A DNA stretch of 64,000 bases from an uncultured Anaerolinea sp. (GTDB taxonomy: Bacteria > Chloroflexota > Anaerolineae > Anaerolineales > UBA4823), in NCBI GenBank assembly GCA_964531975.1, contig CAZHFU010000012.1, positions 12,705-76,704 on the forward strand. The letters run 5' to 3'. This document shows, piece after piece, positions 47,282-56,009 of the stretch. Position 1 is the first letter of the stretch. Every line of letters begins with the position of its first letter. The notes beneath the pieces were generated by a model, which saw only the letters and a list, made by a program, of their open reading frames with translations, searched no databases and was not told the origin of the DNA. A program made the position numbers and the translations under genes.

Positions 47282-49588
47282 ATGGCCGGACGGCAAGATA
47301 TCTTTCAGCAAGCCATGAACCAGGGTCACTCCGCCGCTTGGGATCAGTTGTGGGATCAGGCTGCTAGCTATTACCGGCAGGCATTGGAAGAATTCCCCGA
47401 AAACCCGCAGGCGCTTAGCAGCCTGGGGTTGGCGTTGATTGAGCTGCAAAGCTACGATGAGGCGCTCAAAGCCTATCAAAAAGCGGCGCGCTTCATGCCC
47501 GAAGACCCTGTGGCGTTAGAGAAGATCGCCCAGCTAACCGAACGGATGGGCCAGCTAGACATTGCTGTGCAGGCTTCGCTGCGAGCAGCCGAGCAGTATT
47601 TAAAGAACCGCGACGCCGGTAAGGCCGTGGAAAACTGGGAACGCGTCACTCGCTTGAATCCGGAAAACCTCACCGCCCACGCCCGCCTGGCGCTCGTTTT
47701 GGAACGCCTGGGCGACAAAGCCCGCGCCGTAAGCGAATATATCGCCGTTGCCAGCCTGTACCAATCGGCCGGCGACCCCGACAAAGCCCAGGCCGGGGTA
47801 AACCAGGCGCTGCGGGTGCTGCCCACTAGCGAGGAAGCTCTGAACGCCCAGGCTCTGCTGAAAGATTTCAAGCCACTGCCTAAGCCCTCCCGGCCCAAAG
47901 GCGGCACCGCCCCGCTGCGCATGCAACAGGTGCGCAAACTAGAACTGCTGGAAGCCCCCGAAAAGGCTCCCGAACTCGACCCCGTAGCCATGGCGCGCCA
48001 GAAAGCCCTCACCTTACTGGCCGGCATGTTATTTGAAGGCTCCGATGAAGAACGAGATAACCGACGCGGCCTCTCCCAAATCGTCACCGGAGCAACCGGC
48101 ATGCTGCAGCGTCCCGTTGATCGCACGAAGATGATCTTGCATCTTTCCCAGATGATCGATTTACAATCGCAGAACAACGCCGTGCGCGCAACCGAAGAAC
48201 TACAAAAAGCCATCGAAGCGGGTCTGGAAAACGCCGCCGCCTATTTCGACCTGGGTTACTTGTACGCCCAATCGGGTCGCCTGGAGAGCGCCATCCGCCA
48301 ACTGCAATCTTCCGTCAAACATCACGATTTTGGCCTGGCCTCACGCCTGCTGTTGGGCGACCTGCTGCAGAAGAAGGGCCAGCTTCGCGAAGCCTCGTTT
48401 GAATACCTGGAAGCGCTCAAACTGGCAGACGCCATGATGGTGGCCCCCAAACACGCCAACGACCTGCTTCAGCTTTACGATTTGCTGATTGAATCAAACC
48501 GGCGAATTAATGAAGAAATCCAGGCGCGCATGTGCACCAATATCCGCGATATGCTTATGCGCCCGGATTGGAAGACCCAGCTTCGGAAAGCGCGCGAGCA
48601 GCTGCCTGCCAGCGGCGACAACACGCCCATTCCACTGGCTGAGATTTTACTGGAAGCGCGCAGCGGACGGGTAATTGCAGCCATGTCGAGCATCTACGAC
48701 CTGGTGCAAGACGGCAGCTATCGCACCGCCATGGAAGAAGCTTTTTATATCCTGCAAGAATCTCCCACTTATCTGCCGCTGCACGCCACCATGGGTGAAA
48801 TGCTGGTGAAGCAGAATGACGTCAACGCCGCGGTGGCGAAATTCCAGGTTATATCGCGGGTATACGAGTCGCGCGGCGACGCCTCCCAGGCGATCAACTT
48901 TCTGCGGCGCGTGGTCGAACTTTCCCCGGCCGACCTGGCAGCGCGGGGCCGCTTAATCGATCTGCTGGCGCGCTATGGCAAGATCGACGCCGCCATTCAC
49001 GAATACGAGCAGCTGGCCGCCTTCTACTTTAGCCTGGGCGATTTCCCCATGGCGCGCAAAACCTACACCGAGGCCCTGCGCGCCGCCCAACAAGCCAATG
49101 TAGATCGCGCCATTCGGGTGAAAATTATGCACCGCATGGCCGACATCGACATGCAAAGCCTGGACTGGCGCCAGGCGCTGCGCGTACTGGAGCAAATTCG
49201 CACACTGCAGCCGGAAGACACAGAAGCCCGTTCGCAAATTATTCGCCTCAACCTGCGCATGGCGCAAGAGCAGCCCGCCCTGGCTGAATTGGACAACTAT
49301 ATTGCTTTTATGAATAGCAGCCATAAATTGGGCGACCTGGTGGCGTTTATGGAAAGCGTGGCCGCCGATCACCCCCAGAACATCCCCGTGCTGCGCCGCC
49401 TGGCCGATGTGTACCGCGGTGTGGGCCGCGTTCCCGATGCCATTAACCAGCTAGACGCCATCGGCGATATGCTGCTAGAAGCCGGCGACCGGGCTGGAGC
49501 CATTCAAACCATTGAGATGATTTTGATGATGGACCCCCCTAATCGCCAAGATTACTTGCAAGTATTGGAACAGCTGCGCGCCGGCTAA
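47282..49588 (+). CDS. Large tetratricopeptide-repeat protein
   Basis: Repeated TPR-like helices throughout 768 aa; AAGGAG SD right after polA stop. Confidence 0.85.
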   Translation: MAGRQDIFQQAMNQGHSAAWDQLWDQAASYYRQALEEFPENPQALSSLGLALIELQSYDEALKAYQKAARFMPEDPVALEKIAQLTERMGQLDIAVQASLRAAEQYLKNRDAGKAVENWERVTRLNPENLTAHARLALVLERLGDKARAVSEYIAVASLYQSAGDPDKAQAGVNQALRVLPTSEEALNAQALLKDFKPLPKPSRPKGGTAPLRMQQVRKLELLEAPEKAPELDPVAMARQKALTLLAGMLFEGSDEERDNRRGLSQIVTGATGMLQRPVDRTKMILHLSQMIDLQSQNNAVRATEELQKAIEAGLENAAAYFDLGYLYAQSGRLESAIRQLQSSVKHHDFGLASRLLLGDLLQKKGQLREASFEYLEALKLADAMMVAPKHANDLLQLYDLLIESNRRINEEIQARMCTNIRDMLMRPDWKTQLRKAREQLPASGDNTPIPLAEILLEARSGRVIAAMSSIYDLVQDGSYRTAMEEAFYILQESPTYLPLHATMGEMLVKQNDVNAAVAKFQVISRVYESRGDASQAINFLRRVVELSPADLAARGRLIDLLARYGKIDAAIHEYEQLAAFYFSLGDFPMARKTYTEALRAAQQANVDRAIRVKIMHRMADIDMQSLDWRQALRVLEQIRTLQPEDTEARSQIIRLNLRMAQEQPALAELDNYIAFMNSSHKLGDLVAFMESVAADHPQNIPVLRRLADVYRGVGRVPDAINQLDAIGDMLLEAGDRAGAIQTIEMILMMDPPNRQDYLQVLEQLRAG

Positions 49589-49613
49589 GCCGGACCCCCT
49601 TACATTAATATCA

Positions 49614-49652
49614 AGCGCCGCCGGAGTCAAATAACTTGGCCCCGGCGGCGCT
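49614..49652. terminator. Hairpin between convergent genes
   Basis: AGCGCCGCCGG / CCGGCGGCGCT. Confidence 0.65.
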
Positions 49653-49676
49653 AAGTATTTAACCGCCAGTTTTAGA

Positions 49677-50621
49677 TTACCACCAAATTCTGAACGAGGT
49701 GAGCGTTGCGAAAGTTTGACCAGATTTGGAAAGCGTCACCCGCACCGTAGCCAGGCCCACTTGTTTCGAATAGAAGCGAAACGTAACCTTGGTATGCCCA
49801 TTCACATCGGTGGGCGGTATCGACGGAACGGACATCACTTCTCCGGAAGGCAGCGTAACGACAACCGAAACGTTGGCGTTCTCAACCGCTTCCAGGCGCT
49901 GGGTTTGGGCGGTAATATAAATGGTTTGATAGCTCACCTGCCCCACCACAGGGCGCGCCGGAAAAGCGCGTACGGTGGCATTCAGCAAACCTTGCACACC
50001 GGCGTCAAAAACTGGCAAGAGCAGCTGTGGGTTTTCGTGTTGGAAGTTGAAATACCACCGGCCCAGGTCCGAAACCTTTACGCGCAATGCCGGGGGCAGG
50101 TCGGGCCGCCATTCAAGCCGTGCGTAGGTGAAGAACTGGACATACAAGCCATCGCGCTGCTCAACATTCGATATAGGTTCGCCCAGCGCCAATACCCCGC
50201 CTTGGGCTTCAAAAAACTCCAGGAACCGGGAACACACCATAAAACCGGTGGAAAAACTCCGGCACAGCCCGTCAGTAGAGCGCACAGGAATTCCCACGCC
50301 GCTGGCATAAGCCGATTGGCCCAGAGCAGTGACGATGATGCGCCGGCCGGGGGGCAGCTCTGGCAGATATTCGAACCGGGCCTTTTCGAAATATTGAATT
50401 AAGCGGTTGGTACGGGCGTCTTGATAAGATTCAGTAATGGGATTGCCATACACTAATTCGGGGTTTGGCACACTGAGGTACTGATCCAGAAACTCACCCG
50501 TCACCCGATGGCCGGTATCATATGGAATGCTCTCTGGTCCCCCTTGGGACAACGCGGATGGAGCCAAGCTAAGCAGCAGGCCAATCACCAACAGCAGCGT
50601 CAACAAACGCATTTTACGCAT
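49677..50621 (-). CDS. Secreted hypothetical protein with two LGFP-like repeats and Ig-like C-terminus
   Basis: Signal peptide; TGHRVTGEF..YGNPITE..QYFEKARFE and TGFMVCSRF..LGEPISN..QFFTYARLE repeats. Confidence 0.7.
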   Translation of the reverse strand: MRKMRLLTLLLVIGLLLSLAPSALSQGGPESIPYDTGHRVTGEFLDQYLSVPNPELVYGNPITESYQDARTNRLIQYFEKARFEYLPELPPGRRIIVTALGQSAYASGVGIPVRSTDGLCRSFSTGFMVCSRFLEFFEAQGGVLALGEPISNVEQRDGLYVQFFTYARLEWRPDLPPALRVKVSDLGRWYFNFQHENPQLLLPVFDAGVQGLLNATVRAFPARPVVGQVSYQTIYITAQTQRLEAVENANVSVVVTLPSGEVMSVPSIPPTDVNGHTKVTFRFYSKQVGLATVRVTLSKSGQTFATLTSFRIWW

Positions 50622-50683
50622 GCATTCATTATATGGTAAAGCCGCGCAAGTATCAATAGCCAGAAAGTCCTTTTAACGAGAAT

Positions 50684-51487
50684 TTACTCGCTGGGAGCAT
50701 ATAAGTTAAATAACGCTGGCAAGTTGGCGGTAGAGGCCAAAATATCATCCGCGCCGGCGGCGCGCAATTCTAACTCATCACCAAAACCACACAGCACCCC
50801 CAGGGTCTGCGCGCCGGCGGCCCGTCCGGCGCGTATATCGGGGGTGGTGTCGCCCACCATCAGGCAGGTTTGCGGCGACACACCAAGCTGCCGCGCGGCC
50901 CACAGGATCGGATCGGGAAAAGGCTTGGTGTAGCGCGTGGTTTGCCCGGTGGCGATTGCCTTAAACAAGGGCGACAGGTGATTACCATCCAAAAAGGCCA
51001 TGGTAGACCTTTCGGGGCGGGCGCTGACCACCGCCAGCGGAAAATGGACCGCCAGCAGGGTGAGCGCCTCCACCACCCCCGGAACCGGCGCCAAGGCGGT
51101 GGAAATCGGCGCGGGCGGAGTGACGGGCGGGGGCGCATCCGCCGGAGAGCGCGCGCTTGCAGAGCGAGATGCGTCCACCGCAGGCCAATTCGCAGCGCGG
51201 GGCGCGCTTGCAGGGCGGCCGGCGCGGGCGCGGCGCAGAGCGCCGGCCGCCCGCGCCGCCAGGTTATCCAAACCCAGGCGGTCGGCGTAATACAGCGCCA
51301 GGTTGCCGGGGTATTCCACCCCCATCACCAGGCGGCGAGCCGCCGCCGGACTATCGCGGCGGGGCAGCAAAAAAGCCGCCGGCTGCAAAAAGCGCGCCAG
51401 GCGCGCCACCCATTGATCGTCGGTGTCGCGCAACGTCCCGTCTATATCAAACAGAATTGCGCGCACACGCCCGGTATCTACAGCCAT
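50684..51487 (-). CDS. HAD-family hydrolase (phosphoglycolate phosphatase-like) with Ala/Pro/Arg insertion
   Basis: FDIDGTLRDT motif I, KPFPDP, MVGDTTPDI. Confidence 0.9.
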   Translation of the reverse strand: MAVDTGRVRAILFDIDGTLRDTDDQWVARLARFLQPAAFLLPRRDSPAAARRLVMGVEYPGNLALYYADRLGLDNLAARAAGALRRARAGRPASAPRAANWPAVDASRSASARSPADAPPPVTPPAPISTALAPVPGVVEALTLLAVHFPLAVVSARPERSTMAFLDGNHLSPLFKAIATGQTTRYTKPFPDPILWAARQLGVSPQTCLMVGDTTPDIRAGRAAGAQTLGVLCGFGDELELRAAGADDILASTANLPALFNLYAPSE

Positions 51488-51494
51488 AGGCGGC

Positions 51495-51608
51495 TTAACT
51501 CCACAAAAATACCGCTGCTCCCAACACGCTCAATACGCTCAGCGTAATGCAAGCGACTAAAACGATCATTAAAAGCGAGATCAGGTAACGCGCCGGAATT
51601 GATTTCAC
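51495..51608 (-). CDS. 37-aa single-pass membrane micro-protein MKSIPARYLISLLMIVLVACITLSVLSVLGAAVFLWS
   Basis: AGGAGG SD 9 nt before GTG 51608; hydrophobic; TAA 7 nt before HAD ATG; below ORF-track length cutoff. Confidence 0.7.
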   Translation of the reverse strand: MKSIPARYLISLLMIVLVACITLSVLSVLGAAVFLWS

Positions 51609-51668
51609 CGCTGTTTGCCTCCTGCACCTACACCCGCGCTTTCACCCGATAAAGGCGGCGGGTTAATG

Positions 51669-52898
51669 TTAATCGGCCTGGGTTCTGCCGAACAGCGCCC
51701 CGGCGAGCAGCAGCACTGCGCCGCTCACCACCAGGCCCAAAACCACCCAAATCACAAAGCTGCCGCGCGGGGCGGTTTGAGAAACGGCCGCCGGAAGAGC
51801 CGCCCTAACTGCGCTGGGGCCGCTTTGTTCCACCAGGGCAGCCGCCGCCAGCGTTGGAACGAGCGTGTGCGCCGGGCGCGCTGTGGCGCTGGGGCGGGGC
51901 GTTTCATCCAGGGCGGTGGTCGCCAGTGCGCTATTCTCGGTAGGAACCGAACCCGGTGGGCGAATGATGATCTTCTGCCCTGGGGTAATAAAAGAACCGG
52001 TGTATAGGTTGTTAAGCCGCAGCAGTTCGTTAATATCCACCTTGTACAGCGCCGCGATGGTCCAAAGGGTTTGCCCGTCTTCAACCGGATGCACGATAGA
52101 GCCGTCGGGCAGGGCGGTAGCTAACTTGACCGAATTATCGGCGGGCGCAAGCGGGGATGAAGCAGCCCCGGCTGGGGCTGCGCCGCCGCTCCCGGCTGGG
52201 GCCGCGCCCACCGGGGCCGCGCCGCCGATCACCACCCCCACATCCAGGGTGAAATACACCGTGCCTGCGCCGCCCACGGCTACCCCCACACCGGCTTCCG
52301 TATGGCGGGTAGATAGCAGCGTGTTGAGGTGGATGGCATCGCCCTGCCACCAGTTGACCGCCGTCTGAGCCGAGGCGTTCATCCCGCTGTAAATATTCTC
52401 CACCACCGATACATCGGCTCCGCCGCCGTAGCCAGCCGCCAGGGCGCGGCTTTTAATATCCGAGCCGCCTGCGCCGCTATGGCTGGCCGAACCGCTGGAG
52501 GCCATATAGTTGCTGTGCGCCTGGGCCGCCGCCATCAACGCCCCATTAGCGGCGAAGGCTGGCAGCCCATTGGCGGCGCGCACACTGTTCACCGCCGCCA
52601 GCACCTCGTAAGCGCCTGGCCCAGCCGACGCGCCGCTCCCCGGCTTGGGGGTGCGAGTGGGTTTTGCGGCCCGCGCCGGGCTGCCGCCGAGCAGCAGCGC
52701 CCCCAGCAGCAGTAAACTCACCCCCACCAGCAGGCGGCGATAAACGGCCGAGCGGCCCGCGCGGCCAAGGCCCGGCCCGCGTCCCGCCGGATTGCCAGAA
52801 CAAGTTCCACCCCGGGGGGCCGCATCTCGGCCTGCGGAAGATGGGTTACACCGGCGCGAGCGCCGGAGGGTGCTTTGTTGACCACGATTCATATTCAT
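51669..52898 (-). CDS. CAP/SCP domain + LysM + C-terminal TM protein; start uncertain
   Basis: VNSVRAANGL, AAQAHSNYMA..SHSG, ENI, WWQGDAIHLNTLL CAP motifs; HPVEDGQTLWTIAALY LysM. Confidence 0.87.
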   Translation of the reverse strand: MNMNRGQQSTLRRSRRCNPSSAGRDAAPRGGTCSGNPAGRGPGLGRAGRSAVYRRLLVGVSLLLLGALLLGGSPARAAKPTRTPKPGSGASAGPGAYEVLAAVNSVRAANGLPAFAANGALMAAAQAHSNYMASSGSASHSGAGGSDIKSRALAAGYGGGADVSVVENIYSGMNASAQTAVNWWQGDAIHLNTLLSTRHTEAGVGVAVGGAGTVYFTLDVGVVIGGAAPVGAAPAGSGGAAPAGAASSPLAPADNSVKLATALPDGSIVHPVEDGQTLWTIAALYKVDINELLRLNNLYTGSFITPGQKIIIRPPGSVPTENSALATTALDETPRPSATARPAHTLVPTLAAAALVEQSGPSAVRAALPAAVSQTAPRGSFVIWVVLGLVVSGAVLLLAGALFGRTQAD

Positions 52899-53051
52899 TC
52901 CAGTAAATTTTTCTCAGGCCGCGGGCAGCCAGAGGATAGAAACAACCCCATCCAGCTGCTAAGCGTCCTATCAGGATATTCTACCAGGGAGACCTCACGA
53001 CCAGATTTTACCAGCAGCCGGTTAGGCGGCCCGGTTGGCGTCCAGCGTGGC

Positions 53052-54803
53052 TTAGCCAGCCTGGCGATGGGTTTGCAACCAGTTCACAATTTGGTCGGGG
53101 GTGCGGGTGTTCAGCACGTTCTGCGGCCCCACCCACGCTCGCCGCGCCGAAGCCACGCCAAAGAAGAGTAAATCCATATCACCGGCGCTGTGTGAATCGG
53201 TGTTAATGGTTAACAAAATGCCCAGCTCTATCGCCCGGCGGGCGTAGGTATCGTTCAGGTCGAGGCGGGCCGGGTGGGCGTTAATCTCCAAGGCCAGACC
53301 CAATTCTTTGGCGGCTGCAAACACCGCTTCCATGTCTAAATCGGCCCCTTCGCGATTGGGCAGCAGCCGCCCGGTGGGGTGACCGATAATATCGACATGC
53401 GGGTTGTGCATGGCCTTCAACAGGCGCTCGGTTACCTGGGCGCGCGGCTGGCGCAAACTAGAATGCAGCGAGGCGACCACCACATCCAGCCCCGCCAAAA
53501 CCTCGTCGGGCAAATCCAGGCTGCCATCGGCCCGAATTTCCACTTCGCAGCCTTGCAGCAAACGAATGCCGTCTCCTAACTCGGCCTGGGCGGCGTCGAT
53601 CTCCAGGCGTTGGGCGTAAATCTCATCCGGGGAAAGGCCACCCGCCACCCCCAGGCCAGCCGAATGATCGGTAATCGCCAGGGTCAGCCGGCCGCGCTGC
53701 ATGGCGGCGCGCCCCATTTCGATAATCGAAAGCCGTCCGTCGCTCCAGGTGGTGTGGGAATGCAGTTCGGCGCGTATGTCCTCCACGCTAAGCAGGCGCG
53801 GCAAGCGGCCTTGTAAGGCGGCTTCGATCTCGCCCCGGTCTTCTCGCAGCTCGGGGGGGATGAAAGGCAAACCCAGCCGGTCGTACACTTCGGCTTCCGT
53901 GGCGCATAAAATTTCGCTGCCATCCGGCAGAAGGAAGGATTGGTCGGATAGAGACAGACCCTGCTTTTGAGCCATCTCGCGCAGGCGCACGTTGTGGTCT
54001 TTGGAGCCGGTGGCATACAACAAAGCCGTGCCAAAGCGCGCGGGGGGGTGCACCCACAGTTGGGCGCGCACATTATGCGCAAACTCCACCGAGGCTTTGG
54101 TTTCTCCCTGGCCTAGCACCCGCACCACATCGGGTCGCCCCACAAATGCTTCAATAATGGGGCGCGAATCGACTGCCGCGGCGGCCAGATCCAGGTCTCC
54201 CACGGTGTCGCGCATCCGCCGCAAACTGCCGGCAGGTTCTACTGCGGCCACGCCGGGCACAGCGCGCAGCTGCGCCAAGAGTTCTTGCGCCAGCGGCCAG
54301 GCCCGCCCCAGGGTGATGCGGTCTCCGCGGCGTTTAACCGCCTCAATCCCGGCCAGGATGCGCCCCTCCGATTTTTCCCCCATGCCGGCCAGGCTGCGCA
54401 ATCGCCCATCCTTGGCCGCGGCTTCTAATTCCGCCAGGTTCTTAATTCCCAATTCTTTCCAAAACATGCGCGCCTTTTTGGGGCCAACATCGCTCACTTC
54501 CAGAAGTTCCACCAGGCTGGCAGGCATTTCGGCTTCCAGCTTTTCCAGAAACTCTAATTTGCCGGTGCGGAACAATTCATCCATCTTCTCAGCGATGGCT
54601 TTGCCCACACCAGGAATTTCTTCCAGGGCGCCGCTGCGCCAATAATCGGCAGCCGGTCGGCCCAGCCCCAAGAGATTATCGGCGGCCTTACGATAGGCGA
54701 TAATCTTGTAAATGATCTCGCCCTTAATTTCCAGCAAATCGCCAATGCGGGTAAATATATCCGCTAACTGCGCATTCGTGAGGAGTTCGGGTTCATCAGC
54801 CAT
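53052..54803 (-). CDS. polX: DNA polymerase X / PHP 3'-5' exonuclease
   Basis: GSLRR, GDLD, LYATGSKDHN, PPELRE; PHP HSHTTWSDG, ITDH, HPTGR, EINA, NTDSH. Confidence 0.95.
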   Translation of the reverse strand: MADEPELLTNAQLADIFTRIGDLLEIKGEIIYKIIAYRKAADNLLGLGRPAADYWRSGALEEIPGVGKAIAEKMDELFRTGKLEFLEKLEAEMPASLVELLEVSDVGPKKARMFWKELGIKNLAELEAAAKDGRLRSLAGMGEKSEGRILAGIEAVKRRGDRITLGRAWPLAQELLAQLRAVPGVAAVEPAGSLRRMRDTVGDLDLAAAAVDSRPIIEAFVGRPDVVRVLGQGETKASVEFAHNVRAQLWVHPPARFGTALLYATGSKDHNVRLREMAQKQGLSLSDQSFLLPDGSEILCATEAEVYDRLGLPFIPPELREDRGEIEAALQGRLPRLLSVEDIRAELHSHTTWSDGRLSIIEMGRAAMQRGRLTLAITDHSAGLGVAGGLSPDEIYAQRLEIDAAQAELGDGIRLLQGCEVEIRADGSLDLPDEVLAGLDVVVASLHSSLRQPRAQVTERLLKAMHNPHVDIIGHPTGRLLPNREGADLDMEAVFAAAKELGLALEINAHPARLDLNDTYARRAIELGILLTINTDSHSAGDMDLLFFGVASARRAWVGPQNVLNTRTPDQIVNWLQTHRQAG

Positions 54804-54866
54804 AATGTGATTCTATCATACCGCGAAGACATGTTTGGGGGGCTAAATTAAGGTATGATTGAAGGG

Positions 54867-56009
54867 ATGGTTAACGAACGGCAAAAATGGATTGCGGCGG
54901 GGTTGGCGGCGTTGGCGCTGGTGGGGCTGGGGGGGCTTTGCCTGCTTTCTGGGGCGGGCGTGTATCTAACCCGCCGGCCGGCGGCGCTCGTCCCCTTAAC
55001 GGCTGGGGCGCTTATGCCCACGCCTGCCGCCACCCTACCCGAAACCGCCTCCCCCAGCCGCACACCGGCGGTGGGGCCAACCGGGTTGGCCGGGGCGGCC
55101 ACGCGCCCGGCAGCCACCGCCGCCGCAGCCGCGTTGCAAATTGGCGATCCCCTTTCCGCCACCCTCACCCTCATCGCCGCAACGCTGCTGCCGGCGCCCA
55201 ACTTCGCCGCCGGCGGAGGCGATGTGTGGTGCCTGCCCTGGAATGCGCCGGCGCAGCCCGCTCAGGTGACGGATGTGCTCGATGGCGTGACCATCGAAGT
55301 AGATGTCAACGGTGTGCGCCAACAAGTGCGCTATATCGGCGTCTCTCTCCTAGACTATACGCAAGACGACAGCTTGTGGAGCCGCGCCCTGGCCGCTAAC
55401 CGCCGCCTGGTGCAGGGGCAGCGCGTTACCCTGATTAGCGATGTGCAGCTGCAAGATGACCAAGGACGCTGGCTGCGTTATGTGCTGGCGCAAGGGCGTT
55501 TTGTGAACGCCGATTTAGCCGCGGCGGGTTATGTAAGCGCCGCAAGCGCCCCGCCCAACACCCGCTGCGATGCCCTGTTGCTGGAGGCCGAAGGGCGCGC
55601 CCTGGCCGGCAGCCTGGGCTTGTGGCAGCCCACTTCCACCGCCACGCGCACTCTCATCCCCCTGCCCAGCCCCACCATCGGCAACGTGGGTCTGGCGACA
55701 ATCACCTTCTTGGTGCAGCGCGGCTCTTTGTGGCGAGAACCGGAAGAGTTCGTGGAGATACGCAATGACAGCGACGGCCCGCTAAACCTGGAGAACTGGA
55801 CGCTTAACGACGAAGACCGGCACGTGTTCACCTTTCCCCGCTTTATCTTGGGGGAAGGGCAAATGTGCCGGGTCTATACGAACGAATATCACGCTAAATC
55901 TTGCGGCTTTTCTTTCAACAGCCCATCGCCGATTTGGGATAACGATGGCGAATGCGCCTATCTCAAAGACCCGCTTGGCCGTGTCGTGTCCACGTTTTGC
56001 TATAACTAG
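54867..56009 (+). CDS. Membrane-anchored thermonuclease-like (SNase) + lamin-tail domain protein
   Basis: N-terminal TM; VLDGVTIEV, VRYIG, DDQGRWLRYV; EFVEIRN..LENWTL, IWDNDG LTD motifs; ATG 54867 7 nt after TATGAT. Confidence 0.82.
   Translation: MVNERQKWIAAGLAALALVGLGGLCLLSGAGVYLTRRPAALVPLTAGALMPTPAATLPETASPSRTPAVGPTGLAGAATRPAATAAAAALQIGDPLSATLTLIAATLLPAPNFAAGGGDVWCLPWNAPAQPAQVTDVLDGVTIEVDVNGVRQQVRYIGVSLLDYTQDDSLWSRALAANRRLVQGQRVTLISDVQLQDDQGRWLRYVLAQGRFVNADLAAAGYVSAASAPPNTRCDALLLEAEGRALAGSLGLWQPTSTATRTLIPLPSPTIGNVGLATITFLVQRGSLWREPEEFVEIRNDSDGPLNLENWTLNDEDRHVFTFPRFILGEGQMCRVYTNEYHAKSCGFSFNSPSPIWDNDGECAYLKDPLGRVVSTFCYN

Noticed and set aside
52900-53050. c-di-AMP/c-di-GMP riboswitch or ncRNA upstream of the CAP-LysM gene
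   Set aside because: Only a generic hairpin and two -10-like boxes; no riboswitch consensus recognisable
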